Shown here piece after piece: positions 1 to 14,499 of a DNA stretch of 64,000 bases. Source of the DNA: Chrysomallon squamiferum (taxonomy: Eukaryota > Animalia > Mollusca). Positions within the stretch are counted from its first letter, which is position 1. The number at the start of each line of letters is the position of its first letter. The translations under genes and the position numbers were made by a program. The stretch spans positions 12,648,001-12,712,000 of the forward strand of contig CM022674.1 of the NCBI GenBank assembly GCA_012295275.1, in the 5' to 3' direction. Below the pieces are notes generated by a model. It made no database searches. It was not told the DNA's origin and saw only the letters and a program-made list of their open reading frames with translations.

Positions 1-125
1 GGAGGTCATGATGATGATGATAATAATAGTAAAAAGAATAAGAATTAAAAACTTCTGTTAATAGATAGTAATTCAAAATTACATTCATAAGAAAATTATT
101 AGATAAGAATGTATATAGATAATGA

Positions 126-170
<45 letters not shown>

Positions 171-430
171 AACTACTACTACTAATAATAATAAGAAGAA
201 GAAGAAGAAGAAGAATTAAAAAACGATTATGTAAGAATGTTCACAGATAATAATAATAGTAATAATAATAACACAACAATAGCAACAATAATAACAGTTT
301 TAGTAATAATAATGATATAATGATGATGATGATGATGATGATGATGATGGCAACAACAGCAATTATAACAACAAAACTACTAATGCTGCTGGTAATGCTC
401 CTACTGCTACTACTGTTACTATTACTAATG
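1..430. repeat. Compound trinucleotide microsatellites (GAT, ACT, AAT, AAG)
   Basis: Direct reading. Similar tracts at ~16550-16750, 21570-21685, 26330-26392, 29165-29400, 45365-45590, 56860-56985 and 61500-61690. Confidence 0.95.
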
Positions 431-999
431 AAAATATTAATAATTATATATTTTTTATAGTCTATAAATAAACAAAAATAAAATCCCCAATGAGATTTTT
501 AACATCAGTAAATAACAGAAATCTGTATTTTTTAATTACCAGAAATAAAAGGACCAATGACAACAATAAGTAGAAAAAAAGGAAAACAATTAAAAATTAA
601 TACATAATTAACAAAATTCTTATTTTATTTTAATTTTTTTTTTTTTTTTTTTTTTTTAATGACATTTCATTCTCCTATGCATGCTTATGAAGTTATAATA
701 ATTTTAACACTGTATTACATGTTATTAATTTATTTTCTTTTAAAATAAATATTATTTTGCTGGCTGTTTTAAATGTGTGTTTGTTCCCTATATCTTTCGT
801 CTTCTTTATTTAATTTGTAAGTTAATACAAATTAGTTAAACTCAGTATTAGTAAATATTTTAAAAGAAAAAAAGGACAAATAAAACTTACAAATATTAAG
901 ACAAAAACTTAACCTCATACGAAATAACTTCTGACCCGAATACAGTCTATTTCTCCAACTGAGAAAATAATAACACACACATTATACACACACTGGACA

Positions 1000-1238
1000 C
1001 ACGATTTGGGACAGTCTAGCCTGTGCACGCGGGTTAATGAAAGAAAAACTGCTTACATCATTTGTGTTTCCGATTCAGAAGTTGGATGATTCTTTTTGTG
1101 TTTAAACTGACTTGAACTTTTATTGATACGGCTGGCACGGAATACCAACAAAGCCGATAATTTATATCGGCCGAGCGAAAACCACCAAGACAAAAGATGA
1201 AAAAATTACGGTGAAGAATCTACGGCTGCAATAACGAG
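1000..1238 (+). promoter_or_regulatory. Putative promoter / non-coding first exon of the RERE-like gene
   Basis: Locally CpG-rich stretch in an otherwise CpG-poor window, ending in donor-like ACGAG|GTATTT (GT at 1239-1240). The first coding exon has a strong acceptor at 26871-26873, so an upstream exon must exist. TSS position is unknown. Confidence 0.5.
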
Positions 1239-2507
1239 GTATTTGGATAGTTAACTCTCCTTTTTTTTTTTTTTTCTTTCTGTTTTTATGTTTTTGATTA
1301 CTTAAAAACAGACCATATCGTTATAATTCAGCTGGTTATCATATTAGTATTATTACTACTGAAAAAATACTTTAATTTATTTATTTTTACATTATTTCTA
1401 AACTATTTTGGTATTTATAATGATATACTGTATATATATATTTACGATAAAAAAAATAAAAAAAAAAAAATAATAAAAAAAAATTCCGCTATTAATCGGA
1501 GTCCATAAAAATATAAGATAAAACTTTATTTATTCATATATATTTTTTTTTTTTTATTATTTAGTTTTCACATATTTTTTTAAGCTGAATACATCTCATA
1601 AATATTTCATCGTCATTTTAAAGTTTATGGTTTTGGCGTTACAAACACATCACACATCAAAATGATTAATTATGTTTTCAATTAATTTGCCTTTGCTTTT
1701 ATTATTTTTTAATTATCATTATTGATTTAACTAGCTAATGAAAATTAAATTATCATCGTTTAACCCAGCATTATTATGATTTTTTATCTGTACAACTGCA
1801 TATAAAGTGAATTAAATAAGACTATATCAATACATTTATGTAAAGTTAATGTCAAAGTCATTATGGCAGAAATATAAGTGCCAGTTCATATCTGCAAAAG
1901 TTACATTTTTGAATACAGAGCCAAATTTATAAATCATATTACTGTAGAATATTTTGGAGCTCTGTAAGTATATTTGTATACATATTTAAAACAAAATAAG
2001 TTTACGAAATTTGTTCATTCATGTTTAAATAGTAAAATTAATTAAAAACGTGTAGTTCAAAGGTATAAATTAATACATTTTTAATTTAGTATAACAAAAT
2101 AACTATGTTAGCAGGAATAAATAAATTTTCACAGATAAGACAAAACTGTTTTAACAAGTATATATTAATAACTATATTGTTTTTAACATGTATAAGATAA
2201 ATATTGTTAAGGAACATAAGACATATTTTAAATATATGATAACTGTTAACATATATGACTAGATTACTTTGCATATTCTGACACTTGCTGTTTTAATACT
2301 AACACAATTGATTTTTATAAATACTATTTTCACAAGTAACAAGTATATTACATTGATCTTAAAAGGTTTCATTCATTGATTAACTCTACAGAATTCATCT
2401 CTGTTGACTGATTTTCTCAATCTGCTTGTCAATAAGTAATTATTTAGCCTGTCTCTTAACTGGATTTGTCTTTTGAGAATCAGATAATCTTTGATGGTTT
2501 TAGTAAC

Positions 2508-2760
2508 ATAACAGTATTCCTTATTTTAACTACAAAACAAAAAATATTCCTTAACGAAAGCATTCCTTATTGTTTTAGCTGCTAAGCAAAATCAATATTC
2601 CTTAACAACAGTATTTCTTATTGTTTTAGCTATTAAACAAAAACTATTGCATAACAGTATTCCTTATTGTTTTGGTTACTGAACAAAAACAGTATTTCCT
2701 GTTGTTTTAGCTACTAAACAAAAAACAGTGTATTTTACTGATTTAGCTATTGGACAACAG
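2508..2760. repeat. ~35-45 bp minisatellite, ~6 copies
   Basis: Unit AACAGTATTCCTTATTGTTTTAGCTACTAAACAAAAA. Confidence 0.85.
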
Positions 2761-3244
2761 CAATGAGAATGATGACCCCCCCCCCAAACCCCACTAATTT
2801 TATTTCATATTTATTATACAGCCTACATACATGTTAAGAATGTTTGTCAAATTCATTACAAATGATTGAAATTGTTTTTAAAACAGTGATTACTGTATTG
2901 CTATGAATCATACTGCTGTCACCGAGGCTGGATACAATGCTCAGATAGATGAATATTTATTTGGCCTGTTGTCGCTGCTGTCACGGAGACATGCTGGTGT
3001 AATGCTGGTCATTTTTCAACCCTTGTTTCTAGTGACTCTCCTCCCATTATCCCACCATCTGCCCAGTGCCATATCACCATACAGCTAGCTGTGGGGTGTA
3101 CAGTGCTATCTCAGTAACAACAGCTCTGTAACAACAGCTCTGTAACACTTCATAACAGGGCACGGAAAAACTAGTTTCCCATTATGATCCATGATAGGTT
3201 ACTGAGTGAGCTTAATATTGATCATGAATTTAGTGTCTTTGTCG

Positions 3245-3355
3245 AATATGCAATACTGACCTTGCATACCCAAATATCTGAAATACTGACCTAGTATACC
3301 AAACAGTATGAAATTCTGACCTAGCATACTCAAGTATATTCAATACTGACTAATG
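3245..3355. repeat. ~30 bp tandem repeat, ~4 copies
   Basis: Unit AATACTGACCTAGCATACC...TATGA. Confidence 0.75.
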
Positions 3356-3384
3356 TACAAGAAATATAGGTCTGTTATCTGTTT

Positions 3385-3429
<45 letters not shown>

Positions 3430-3954
3430 CACTGAGCTCTGACCCTAAGATGAATTTAATCAGGCATTTTAAAGTGAACAGCAAAAATATGAAAATAATG
3501 AAATGAAAAACTAAAAGAAATTAATTTCAGTGATGTGAATTTTAGAAATCATTTGTCTTTGGAGTGTTATATTAAAGTAATTATAGTCATATTATTTTGC
3601 ATTTTAACAGTTACAAATTTTAATAAGGGGGTAGACAGTTTTCACATAATCAGATGTTTAAAAATAGACTGAATTAAATGAAGTTAACAAGAAAATCAAT
3701 CAAAAACAAGATATTTTAGTGTTTTCTAGACTCACAGATTTTAATATTTTTTTTACATTAATTAAAAGGGCTGCTTGTTGGTATATTTATTATTTATTAT
3801 TTTAATTTAAATTAATTTGCTGTTCAGGAAATAATTTAAAAGAAAACCAACATATTTCTTTATATCACTAAATGTATTTATGATTAAAATGATTTCTTAT
3901 TCTGCATTCAGATGTTAGTCACAAAAATGTAAAGAATAAAACACTAAACAACTA

Positions 3955-3986
<32 letters not shown>

Positions 3987-4269
3987 AATAAAAATTCAAC
4001 CAATCTTGTAAGACATATATATTTCAAGTTAAAAAAAAAAAAATCTTTTGTTCCTTTTTTATAAAACAATTAAATTATATTTAACGTCTTATTGAAAATC
4101 ATTAAATTCTTATTGATAACTTTTAATTAGCTTGTTATCACAGATTATCAATAACATATTGATACTAAAAGCCGTTGATACAGATCATATGTCAAAAGAC
4201 ACAGCTATTGATTTACAATCTGTTCTGTTTTATTTCCTCACTGAAATCGTTTATTTGGTTGAAAACTGT

Positions 4270-4750
4270 TACCACATGAATCGTAGCTTTATGTTCAGAG
4301 ACTTGTTTTTTTTGCTGTTCAAATCATTTCTTTGCCTGACATTTAAGACTCCATTTTTTGGTCGATTTTCAACTCAATTTATTGTTTGACGTTCAAAGAT
4401 TTATATTCGTTGCTTGACACTGAAGACTCTGATTGTTGTTCGATTTTCAAAAACTTGATTCTTTACATAGTATTCAGTGATTAAGTTCTTTGCTTGATTT
4501 TCAGTGTCTCAGTTTTTGGCTTGATTTTCAAAAACTTGATTCTTAACATGAAGTTCATTGATTCACATCTTTCCTTGATGTTCAGCTGAATTCATTACTT
4601 CATATTCAGGAACTATGTTTACTTTGTTTTGTACTCAGTTATTTTCTTGATTTTTGTTTTTAACGACTTGGTTCTTTACTTGGACAGTGAGTCAAATCTT
4701 GGCTATATATGCAGTGATTTTGTTCTTTCCTTGGTGTTTAATTATTCATC
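4270..4750. repeat. Degenerate tandem repeat
   Basis: Recurring GATTTTCAAAAACTTGATTCTT / TTTGCTTGA blocks. Confidence 0.6.
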
Positions 4751-7132
4751 TCCTTGCTTATCCAGCTGTATCAGTTCATTAAATGGCACTCACTGACTCA
4801 GTGATTCAGCTCTGTTTGTTTTCCAATAAGATAATTCTCTACTTGATGCTTGACTCACTCAGTTTTTTAAATTCTCTTTTTAACAGTTCATTTCTTCAAC
4901 TATTTGATTCTTTCCTCAGTATTCTATTTCAATCGTTGCTTGAAGTTCAGTGCCAGAGACTGGTCAGAGTTCCTGTTTGCAGGAAACTTTGCCAATGAAA
5001 CCTGGCAGCAAGTCAGGGAAGATAACTCCAGTGACTGATGTGTGTTGACTGTGACAAATTAAATTCTCTCTGATTCAGCTGATACCAGAGAACACAAAAG
5101 AGACTGAACTGGCTCATGGCAGTTGTATTGATAATTTCTTTAAGATGTTAATATTTGTTGTGAAAAGAAAATTGAGGTCACGAATTATTGAAATCTGTGG
5201 TTAATGTCTTAAATCAGTAAATTGTAATAAAGTTAAAATTGGGAAATTAACATAAAATAATTATTTTTGATTGATAACAATTTATCTGAAGATTATTACT
5301 AAAATTACAAATTATGTGGATCTTTACTTAATGATTTAAAACAGGAAATTGACAGTAAATTTATAATTTTTTTAATTTTCACTGATAATGTAATAATTTA
5401 AGTTTAAATTTAATAATTTAATTGATGAATTATTGACTTCTGTGTTTAAATTTTAAAACAGTGAATTAGTTAAAATTGAACTTTTTCATTAACATATTTT
5501 TTGTTATGATTGTTCACATAATTGTTCTAAATTTGTTGTTTTAGAAAAAGGATTACTATAGTTAAATTTTAAAATTATATTTGAAGTTAAAAATACAAAA
5601 TTAATATTGATTATGATAATACTCATGTTAAAATAATAATTTCAGGCTGCTTTAAATATCTTTTCTGGTGTTCCTTTCATCAAAGAAATACAGAAATAAT
5701 ATAGTTAATTAGAAACTTTTAAATATCTGTATTGTATGAAATGAATATGGATGTAAATACTGTCCTCTGTTCATCTTCACAAACTTGTTATATTAATGCC
5801 AAACTTTATTATTAGTAAAGATTGAAAGATGTTAGTAAATAAAATAAACTATCTTAGAAGATTTCTGGAATGGTAAATTAATAAAAATTAGTTAATCAAA
5901 ATTATATAACAAAATCATAACAATCATGATGATGTTGATCATCATCTTCATCATCATTTTATAATTTAGCAGTCATAATGGCCAGTTATTGTTCCTAGAT
6001 TTAAATAAAACATTCATGATCATCATAATGATAATACTCCTTTTCATCATTTTGCAGCCATACTTCCCTGCTGTTGTCACTAGGATTCTGTAAACATTTG
6101 CAAGTTCATTCACGTAATGGCAGCATTGTCATCTGCAAAGTGGTGTACATTAATACTCAGAACATATTGAAATGATTTTCAAAGCCAGCCCAGTGGGTGA
6201 TGTTATCAGTGGCAATATTTAAAAGTTCCTGTATCTGTTTCACTGGTAAAGATTGGGTAAAATGTCGCAGAAACATGTGCAAAAGACAAATTAAGAGTTG
6301 TTGTCTGATATAAGGTTTCAAACAAACATGGTGGAACAGTTGGTATATGTGGAACAGTCTGTGTAGAATATTGGATTACGGTTTCTATATGTGGACATGA
6401 TAAATTATTTTTTTAAATTCTGTTTGGTTTTGGTTGTTTCTTTTTTTACATACATTTTTTCCTTTATTCAAGTTTTTTTAATTTTTTATTATTATTTTTT
6501 TAAACATCTTTATAAATTATTTTATTTTAAACAAATTAATGTCAATATAAGTTAAAAACTAAAATAATCAATTTAAAATAAATATGTAAATTTTGAAAAA
6601 ATATATTTTTTTCTTCCTGAAAATCTTTTTTAGTTAATATATATATATTTTTTATCAGTGAAAATTATTATTTATTCAAAATTAATGTAAGGTAGTTTGT
6701 TGCTCTTTTTCACATGGATAAATAAAATGCACATTAATTTGCAAATAGTAATGTTATTTAAAGTTATAAAATATAAGAAAACACCAAAACACAACACAGA
6801 CAAAAATAACAATGCAACACAACATGCACCAACAACACACTACTACCAACATCAACAACACAACAATACATCTTCATCAAACACACACTATCAGAAACCC
6901 ACATAAACAAAGAATAAAGAATTAAGAAATATTTGCCAGAAACTACCACAGCCATAAACAGTTTTCACTTGTAACATGTTCACTGATACACACTCACATC
7001 TATTTGTTGTTTCTGTACATGAATGTAATAAAAATAAATAAGCACGGTCCACCCATGGCTAATGGAGGTTCAGGTTACTCCAGACAAAAAGCTTTTCTTA
7101 ATGGGCAGCTTGCTGTTCTTTGATTATCTCTA

Positions 7133-7720
7133 CTGACCGTTTAACTCTCATATAATTTGGGAACCAAGATGGTGAAGGTTTCTTCGGGTTTATTTATATC
7201 TGATCATTTAACTGTGATACAATTTGGGAACCAAGATGGTGAAAGTTTCTTCTTTGTGGTTCTTCAAGTTTTATTGTAACTGATCATTTTATCTGTGATA
7301 TAATTTGAGAACCAAGATGGCAGAAGCTACTTGTTTTGTGGTTCATCATGTTTAACAATATTTGACCATTTAACTGTGATGTATTTTAAGATTGTGGACG
7401 TTTTTTTGTGGTTCTTAAAAAAGTATAGGGCCTATATAAAAAAACAAAAAACCCATTAAAAACCGAAGAATGTTTTATGTCATTTATAGGTTAATGGTGA
7501 TATAATTTAAAATCCACGATTTTTTCTTCTTTGTGGTTCTTCATGATTGACAGAGTTTAACTGATATCATTTGAGTCAGTGGATTGTTTATTTTTTTATT
7601 TTATTTTTTGTTTGGTTCTTAAGAATGATAAATGTTTTATTTCATTGATGGCATAAAGCAGATATATTATTTTAAAATTGAAGATGGTGAAAAAAATATT
7701 GTTTATGGTTCTTCTAGGAG
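7133..7720. repeat. ~70-80 bp minisatellite decaying rightwards
   Basis: Unit TGACCATTTAACTGTGATATAATTTGGGAACCAAGATGGTGAA...TGTGGTTCTTCA. Confidence 0.85.
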
Positions 7721-8089
7721 ATTTAATATTCCACTGACTGTTGGCACATATATAAATATATTATTTATAGTTCAGTATGCTAAATACTTGTATTTTGTGT
7801 TTCTTTGATTTATTGTTTTATCATCCAGTTAGCTGTGAATCATTTAAAATAACAGGAATTATATTTTCTTTTGTGTTTCAAATTACATAATATTCCATTA
7901 TTTTATCAGACCATTTAAAATATAATTTTGAAAAAGCTTAGGACCATAAGTTTCTTAATTTAATTTTATTATTGTTATTTTTTTTATTGTCAAACTGACA
8001 TTATTATTTTATCAAAATTAAGAACTTTAATAGTAAAAATAATGTTGCCCAGGTTGATTTTATGTTTCTTTTATTTTTTTTTTTTTTTA

Positions 8090-9190
8090 ATGTGCACTAC
8101 CAGACATTTCTTAGGTAAGCCAATTCCTTATAGTTATATTATTAGCCACTAACCTTTAATAATAATAATGTTAATACCCTATATATTTTTTCTTGTTTTG
8201 TTTTTTTTATATTTTTTTTATTATGACAGACATTTCTTAAGATAATTTAAGAATAAGATTAAAAAATAAATGTTTCTTCATTATGATTATTCCACTTGAT
8301 AATATTTTATTAGCCATTAATAATAATAATATTAATAATCTAATTAATTTTTGTTTGGTTTGTTTTTGTTTTGTTTTTAAAACCATTTAAAAACAACATT
8401 AATAAATATATAAATAAATGTTTATTCATAATGGTTCTTCAGACTTCATAATAATTTATTATCCACTAACTTTAATAATAATATTAATAAAATATCTTAG
8501 ATTCATTTTTCTTCAAAACTCAATAATTTATCAGACACTAACCTTTAATAATAATAATATTAATACTCTAGCTCAGGTTTGTTATCTAGGTTTTTTTAAA
8601 TTAATAAATAAACATTTATTCATAATGCTTTTTCAAGCTCTATAATATTTCATCAGATACTAACCTTTAATAATAATAATATTAATAAAATAGCTCAGGT
8701 TCATTATTATTATTTTTTTTTATGTCACTGACAGACATTTCAAATAAAACATGAATAAGCAAATGTTTATTCATAATGGTTCTTCTAACGTGATAATAAT
8801 TTGTAATCCACTAACCTTTAATAATAATAATATTAATAATCTAGTTCAGGTTGATTATCTTGTTTTTTTATGTCACTTACAGAAATTTCAAATAAAACAT
8901 TAATAAATAAATGTTTATTCATAATGGTTCTTCAAACGTGATAATAATTTGTTATCCACTAACCTTTAATAATAATAATATTAATAATCTAGTTCAGGCT
9001 GATTATCTAGGGGTTTTTATGTCACTTACAGAGATTTTAAATAAAAGATTAATAAATAAATGTTTATTCATAATGGTTCTTCAAACGTGATAATAATTTA
9101 TTATGCACACTAACCTTTAATAATAATAATATTAATAATGTGGCTCAGGTTGATTATCAGTTTTTCCTGCTTGGCTGACAGACATTCTCT
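8090..9190. repeat. ~150 bp tandem repeat decaying leftwards
   Basis: TAACCTTTAATAATAATAATATTAATAA recurs at 8539, 8661, 8812, 8960 and 9111 (period 148-151 for the right-hand copies). Confidence 0.9.
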
Positions 9191-10760
9191 GTAAACTGAT
9201 ACTCTCAATCCCACTGCCAGAGCTATCAACGTTTTCTCCTGCTGCCAGTTAAACTCGTGCATGAAATCATCCAAGTGGAGAATGTCCTCATTTTTCTTTG
9301 TCAGTCCAGTGTGAAGACTCATTTTCCTCATTTCTCCTTCTTTCCATCAGTGATGTAAAGATGAATGAAGTATGGTGAGATGAAAAGTGAGTAGTTTTTG
9401 GTGTGGTGGGAGAGTCAGAGAGTGGTTGAAGGATGATAAAAAAAAAGTGAATGCGTGAACTGAAAAGATACGTGACTTTAGATATACGTGGGTTTAGAGT
9501 AAAAATGTGATTTTGTTTAGAGATAAAAAATAGGTGGATTTGGATTTCTAGAAATGTGAAGAGGTTTGGATTGAAATCTGTAAGTCAGGCTGGACCTCAG
9601 AAAAAAAAAAAAAAGTTTGATTGAGGAAAAGGAAAAAAAATTAGGTGATAGGGATTTTTTTTTTAAAAAGTGTATTTTGTATGTAAGTAAATTATGAGTA
9701 AAATTGAGTTGAAATGTTTTGCAAGAAAAAGTTTGTGATTGAGCTAATTTGAGTTAATATTGAACTGCAAAAAAATTTAATTATTTTGGATAAAAAAATA
9801 AAAATAAAAATAAAAATAAAAATAAAAATAAATAAATAGTTTCAACAGAAGACAAAATTAGCTTATTTGGTGAAAATTTAATTTTAAATTGGACAAAAGC
9901 TGAGTCATGTAGTTTTTTTTAAATTGTGAAAAATAAGTAACGTGGAAATAAAATTATTAAAAAAAAATGATGAGGAATAAATTTGTTATTAATTCCTTCT
10001 GTTTTATATGGAGAACACTGATGTCGCTTAAAACAAATGAGTATTTAGGTGTTTTTATTATAATACTTTTTTGTTTTAAATTTTTTATTATTATTTTTGA
10101 ATTTAGTGGATGATGTATAACATTAAAAACAGTTTATCAGATTAAGGATTTGATTCACTGAATTACAGATTTGGGTTATTTCGAATGTTTGAGTTATTTC
10201 TTTCATAATGGATTTGAGTTAATCTCATTCAGCATTTGAATTATGTGTTATGGATTTGGCTATGAAAAGTTTCAATATTCTTCCTCAGCAAAATGAATAT
10301 ATTTTTTTGTAAATGAAAAATTAGGTTTAATTTTTTTTTTTAGTATGGACATTGATTTAAATTTAATAATTTATTATTTAGATTTTGTTTACATATTTCT
10401 TAATAATAATAATAATGAGAAATGTATAATTTAATGTTACTGATAGTGTGATTTGTGAGAATTTTAATGTATCAGTTTTTATATATTCATATACAGACTG
10501 TGTCCGTAAAGTTACTATACAGTTACTTGTAATAAAGAAATGTCATGGTTAGACTATGGTTTATTTATTTTTTATTTGCTATAACATATTGTAGACTTGA
10601 ACACCCTGGGAACACAATCTGTGTCAGTATTGAAAGATCAGTGACTGTATTATCAAAGTCTGCTGCTGTTAGTTGGTTATTTTTTTTCATTTCTGTTAAA
10701 TTGTTCTCTTTTAGTTCACTAGGATGTAACAGCAAAACACTGGTTATGTGTTTAGTACAC

Positions 10761-10950
10761 AGGAGGACTGCCGCTTTTTAACATAAATGTTTTTAACAAA
10801 GCTGTTGCTTCATCAGTTAATATAATGAAGTTGTGTATTTTGTATAAAGGAGGACTGCCGCTTTTAAAACAAATTCCAACAAAGCTGTTGCTTCCTCAGT
10901 TATTATAATGAAGGTATAGGTTTTGTATATAGGAGGACTGCCACTCTATA
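10761..10950. repeat. ~85 bp direct repeat, 2+ copies
   Basis: AGGAGGACTGCC at 10761, 10848 and 10931. Confidence 0.85.
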
Positions 10951-11414
10951 ACAGAGTATTCTGACAATATCTAGGATTTTGTTTCATTGGATATTTGTTA
11001 AACACAACAGACATACAGATACATCAACACGGCTCCTAAATTTAATTTATTCCTTGAAAAATCTAGAAGTAGATGTCATCTAGAATATAGAAACATTTAT
11101 CATCTTGTGTTTTGGTGTAAAATAATATTAATATTCATCTGAGGGTCATCAGATATGGAATTAATAACAAGCTGAAATATGTATTGCAGATTAAAATAAT
11201 ATTTATTTATTTTTACTAGCTTACGCATTTGATAAGAATGCTAAATAAAATATTGCAGCAGCACATTAAATCTGTGAATACCATTTCAGATGTAAACATT
11301 TATTGCATTTTTATATTCAACGGTCAACAAAAGTTTAAGAAATGTAATTTCGTTAAACAAAAATTCTCACTTTTATTTTAGGGGTATATGAATTATAAGG
11401 CTGTTTTGTCATGT

Positions 11415-11417
11415 TAA

Positions 11418-11468
<51 letters not shown>

Positions 11469-11478
11469 ATGAATTAAA

Positions 11479-11523
<45 letters not shown>

Positions 11524-11625
11524 AAAAACAAGCAAGCAAGTAAATAGATAAATAAATAAAAATAAAAATAAAAATAAAAATAAAAATAAAAATAAAAATA
11601 AAAATAAAAATAAAAATAAATGAAA
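11415..11625. repeat. (AAAT)n / (AAAAAT)n tract
   Basis: Direct reading; generates the F/L/I/Y-rich minus-strand ORFs. Confidence 0.95.
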
Positions 11626-12087
11626 TATACAAAACAAATAAAAATGAATTAAATAGTATAAAAAAAAAAAAAATAGCTTGTTTATAAAATAAATTAGTAA
11701 ATAAAATAATATAAATACATAAAAATATAAATTGTAAATAAATAGTTGTGAACAATACTTTAACTGGAGGGAATGTTTGGGATTTGAACTTTGTACCATT
11801 GTACTTCAGGGATTTCATCTTGGGTTCTTGTGGGTATAGATAATTTACTGCTAAGCTTCTGCCATTTGAACCATTCCTCTGTGATATTTGATTCAAAATG
11901 TCAGAGTCATGGTTGTTGTTTTGTGTTTTCTTTCACTGAATTTGTATCTCGTGTACAGGTTGAATTGATCCAAGATGGCTGCATATCAGTGTGATGGTGT
12001 TTGAACTGAAGTATTAAGTGGGATTTGAACTCATAAATCCCAAACCAGCATTATCTTACAGACAGATATTTTGTGTTCTTCTGCATG

Positions 12088-12127
<40 letters not shown>

Positions 12128-13354
12128 CGTGTACAAGTAGTATTAATGTGTATGTGCAGAGTACATATGATGTGTGTGCATTTGTGTCTGGGTATGTGTG
12201 CATGTATAAATGTTGGTGTTTATGTATGTATATATGTGTGTATGTATATGTATGTATATGTGTTTCTATGTTTCTATGTGTGTATATATGTATGTGTAAT
12301 CAACCCTCAGGTACTATTTCTCCATTCCAAATAATGCTTATGATTCAGTTTATATGCCGAGGTATATGCTGTACACAATGTGTAAGATGTAAAGAAATGA
12401 TCACAGAGTTAAATATTAATTCATCTATTAAGTTATTTTCCCATTTAAACCAGTGTATATAACTAAAAAATGAAAAACACCAAGGTATGTACTGTGCTGT
12501 CTATGTCATATTTGGCTATTTGCCAGTCCTGCTATATAAAAGGTCATGTTTTATTACCTTCATCAAAGAGCTAAATATAACATCTGCAGTAAGCACTAGG
12601 TTGGGTTGTTCTGGGTTTTTTTTTTTTAATTTATATATTTATTTACTTATTTTTAATTTTTTTTTTTTTTCTTATATAAATCATTGTTAAAAAGCTCGTA
12701 AATCTGATGCCTAATAAAGCACTGAAACTAAAATGGTTGAGGAATCCTGGACTAATTCATTAGATAGGAATGAATTCAAAAAAGAAATTAATTATATTTT
12801 ACAGTCTTTTTTTCTTCTCGCATTAACCTAAATCCTCACACTGGCTGCATGGGTGTGTGTGAATTTTAAATTAGTTACGTATCAGATTTAAATTCTGTAT
12901 TGTAAACAGACAAACGAGGAGTGAAATGTTTTCTGTTTGTTTTATCATGGACCTATTTGTTTTGGCCAACTTCTAAATGATTCATTAGGTATAAAATTCG
13001 GCCATATGTAAAATTGTGATTTTGATGATTAATTTAGCTGAGAATATCAGTGAAATATTGATTTTTTATAAATATAAGTGGTGTGAGTGAAACATAAAAA
13101 AAAATATTTCTATTTTATTATGTATTGGGTTCAGATTTTGTTTTGTAAATTAAATTAAAAAATTGGCTATGTGTGAATTTTAAATTTATTACAAAAATTA
13201 TTAAGCAGGTAAATTTAAAAATTGTAGATTTATGGTTAGGATGTGATGTGTGGAGGTTTTTAGGATCAGTTCTTTTTAGAGTACAGCTTGAGTCATTCAT
13301 TACCTGTTCTATTCAATACAGTTCATCAAAGGCTGTTGTATATATGCCTTCCTG

Positions 13355-13421
<67 letters not shown>

Positions 13422-13761
13422 TAGATATAAAAATAAAAATATATACATCAGACAAAAATATATGAAACACAATTAGATATAAAAATATAATATACACATT
13501 AGGTAAACACATAAAATAAAAATACACACCACATTCATTATCCCAGGTTTAGATTTTTACACTGTTGTGGAATACAGAAAGATTAAATATAAACTGTAAA
13601 TAAATTCTGACACCCACACCACACCACACCACACCACACACCCACAAAACACACCCACATCACACACCCTCAAAACACTCATATTGACTGATAGAAGAAA
13701 TATAGCATGGTTTCTGTTCAGTCTTTATAGTGTGCATGTATATTTATATTTGTGTGTGCTT

Positions 13762-13775
13762 GTAACCATAGCAAC
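13762..13775. promoter_or_regulatory. X-box-like GTAACCATAGCAAC
   Basis: Matches the degenerate RFX consensus; isolated site in intron 1. Confidence 0.35.
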
Positions 13776-14324
13776 AAATATTTTGAGTTTTTATTATATA
13801 AATAAGAGAAAAAACACCCAACATTTTTCTTTCTTTCTTACTTTCAAGTTAGACATTGATCATGTTTGAAATTACCAGGTTTGTCATCTAAAAGGTTTTT
13901 TTTTTTTTTAGCCATTAAGATGGATTGAGATGTTGAATTAAGTTTTAATTCATTGTGTAATCACTGGAATAAATTGAAGGAAGTTTAACTGAGTGAAAAT
14001 ACGGCTTAATTTTTCTTTTATTGAAAACAAAGTATTGATGCACTGCAAGAAAAAAATAGTTTAAATTAAAAAAAGAAAAAAGAAAAACCAACAGGATAGC
14101 ATAAAAAATATGGTACAAAAATTACATAAAAAGTATAAAAAATATTAAAATAGAAAGTGATTTTCAGCTTGGGACGAAAACAAAACAAAACAAGGACATG
14201 CACCACATAGTCTTGTAAGTACACAGAGACAGTGTAATGGATGTAAAAAGTGATTCAGTTGTTGTCAATAAATAGGAAGATAAATAAACAATAGACACTG
14301 AAACTTATATATTTAATGTGTAAT

Positions 14325-14378
<54 letters not shown>

Positions 14379-14391
14379 AATAAATAAATAA

Positions 14392-14432
<41 letters not shown>

Positions 14433-14468
14433 AAATAAAATAAAATATTTAATGAGTAATAAAAAAAA

Positions 14469-14499
<31 letters not shown>

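Noticed and set aside
4132-4998. Possible coding or retroelement ORF remnant
   Set aside because: The frames I read on the minus strand are interrupted by stops; the pattern is explained by a degenerate tandem repeat.
11775-12050. tRNA B-box-like GGGATTTGAACT motifs (also TTTGAACCCGTG at ~28330)
   Set aside because: No cloverleaf can be built; at most highly decayed SINE heads.
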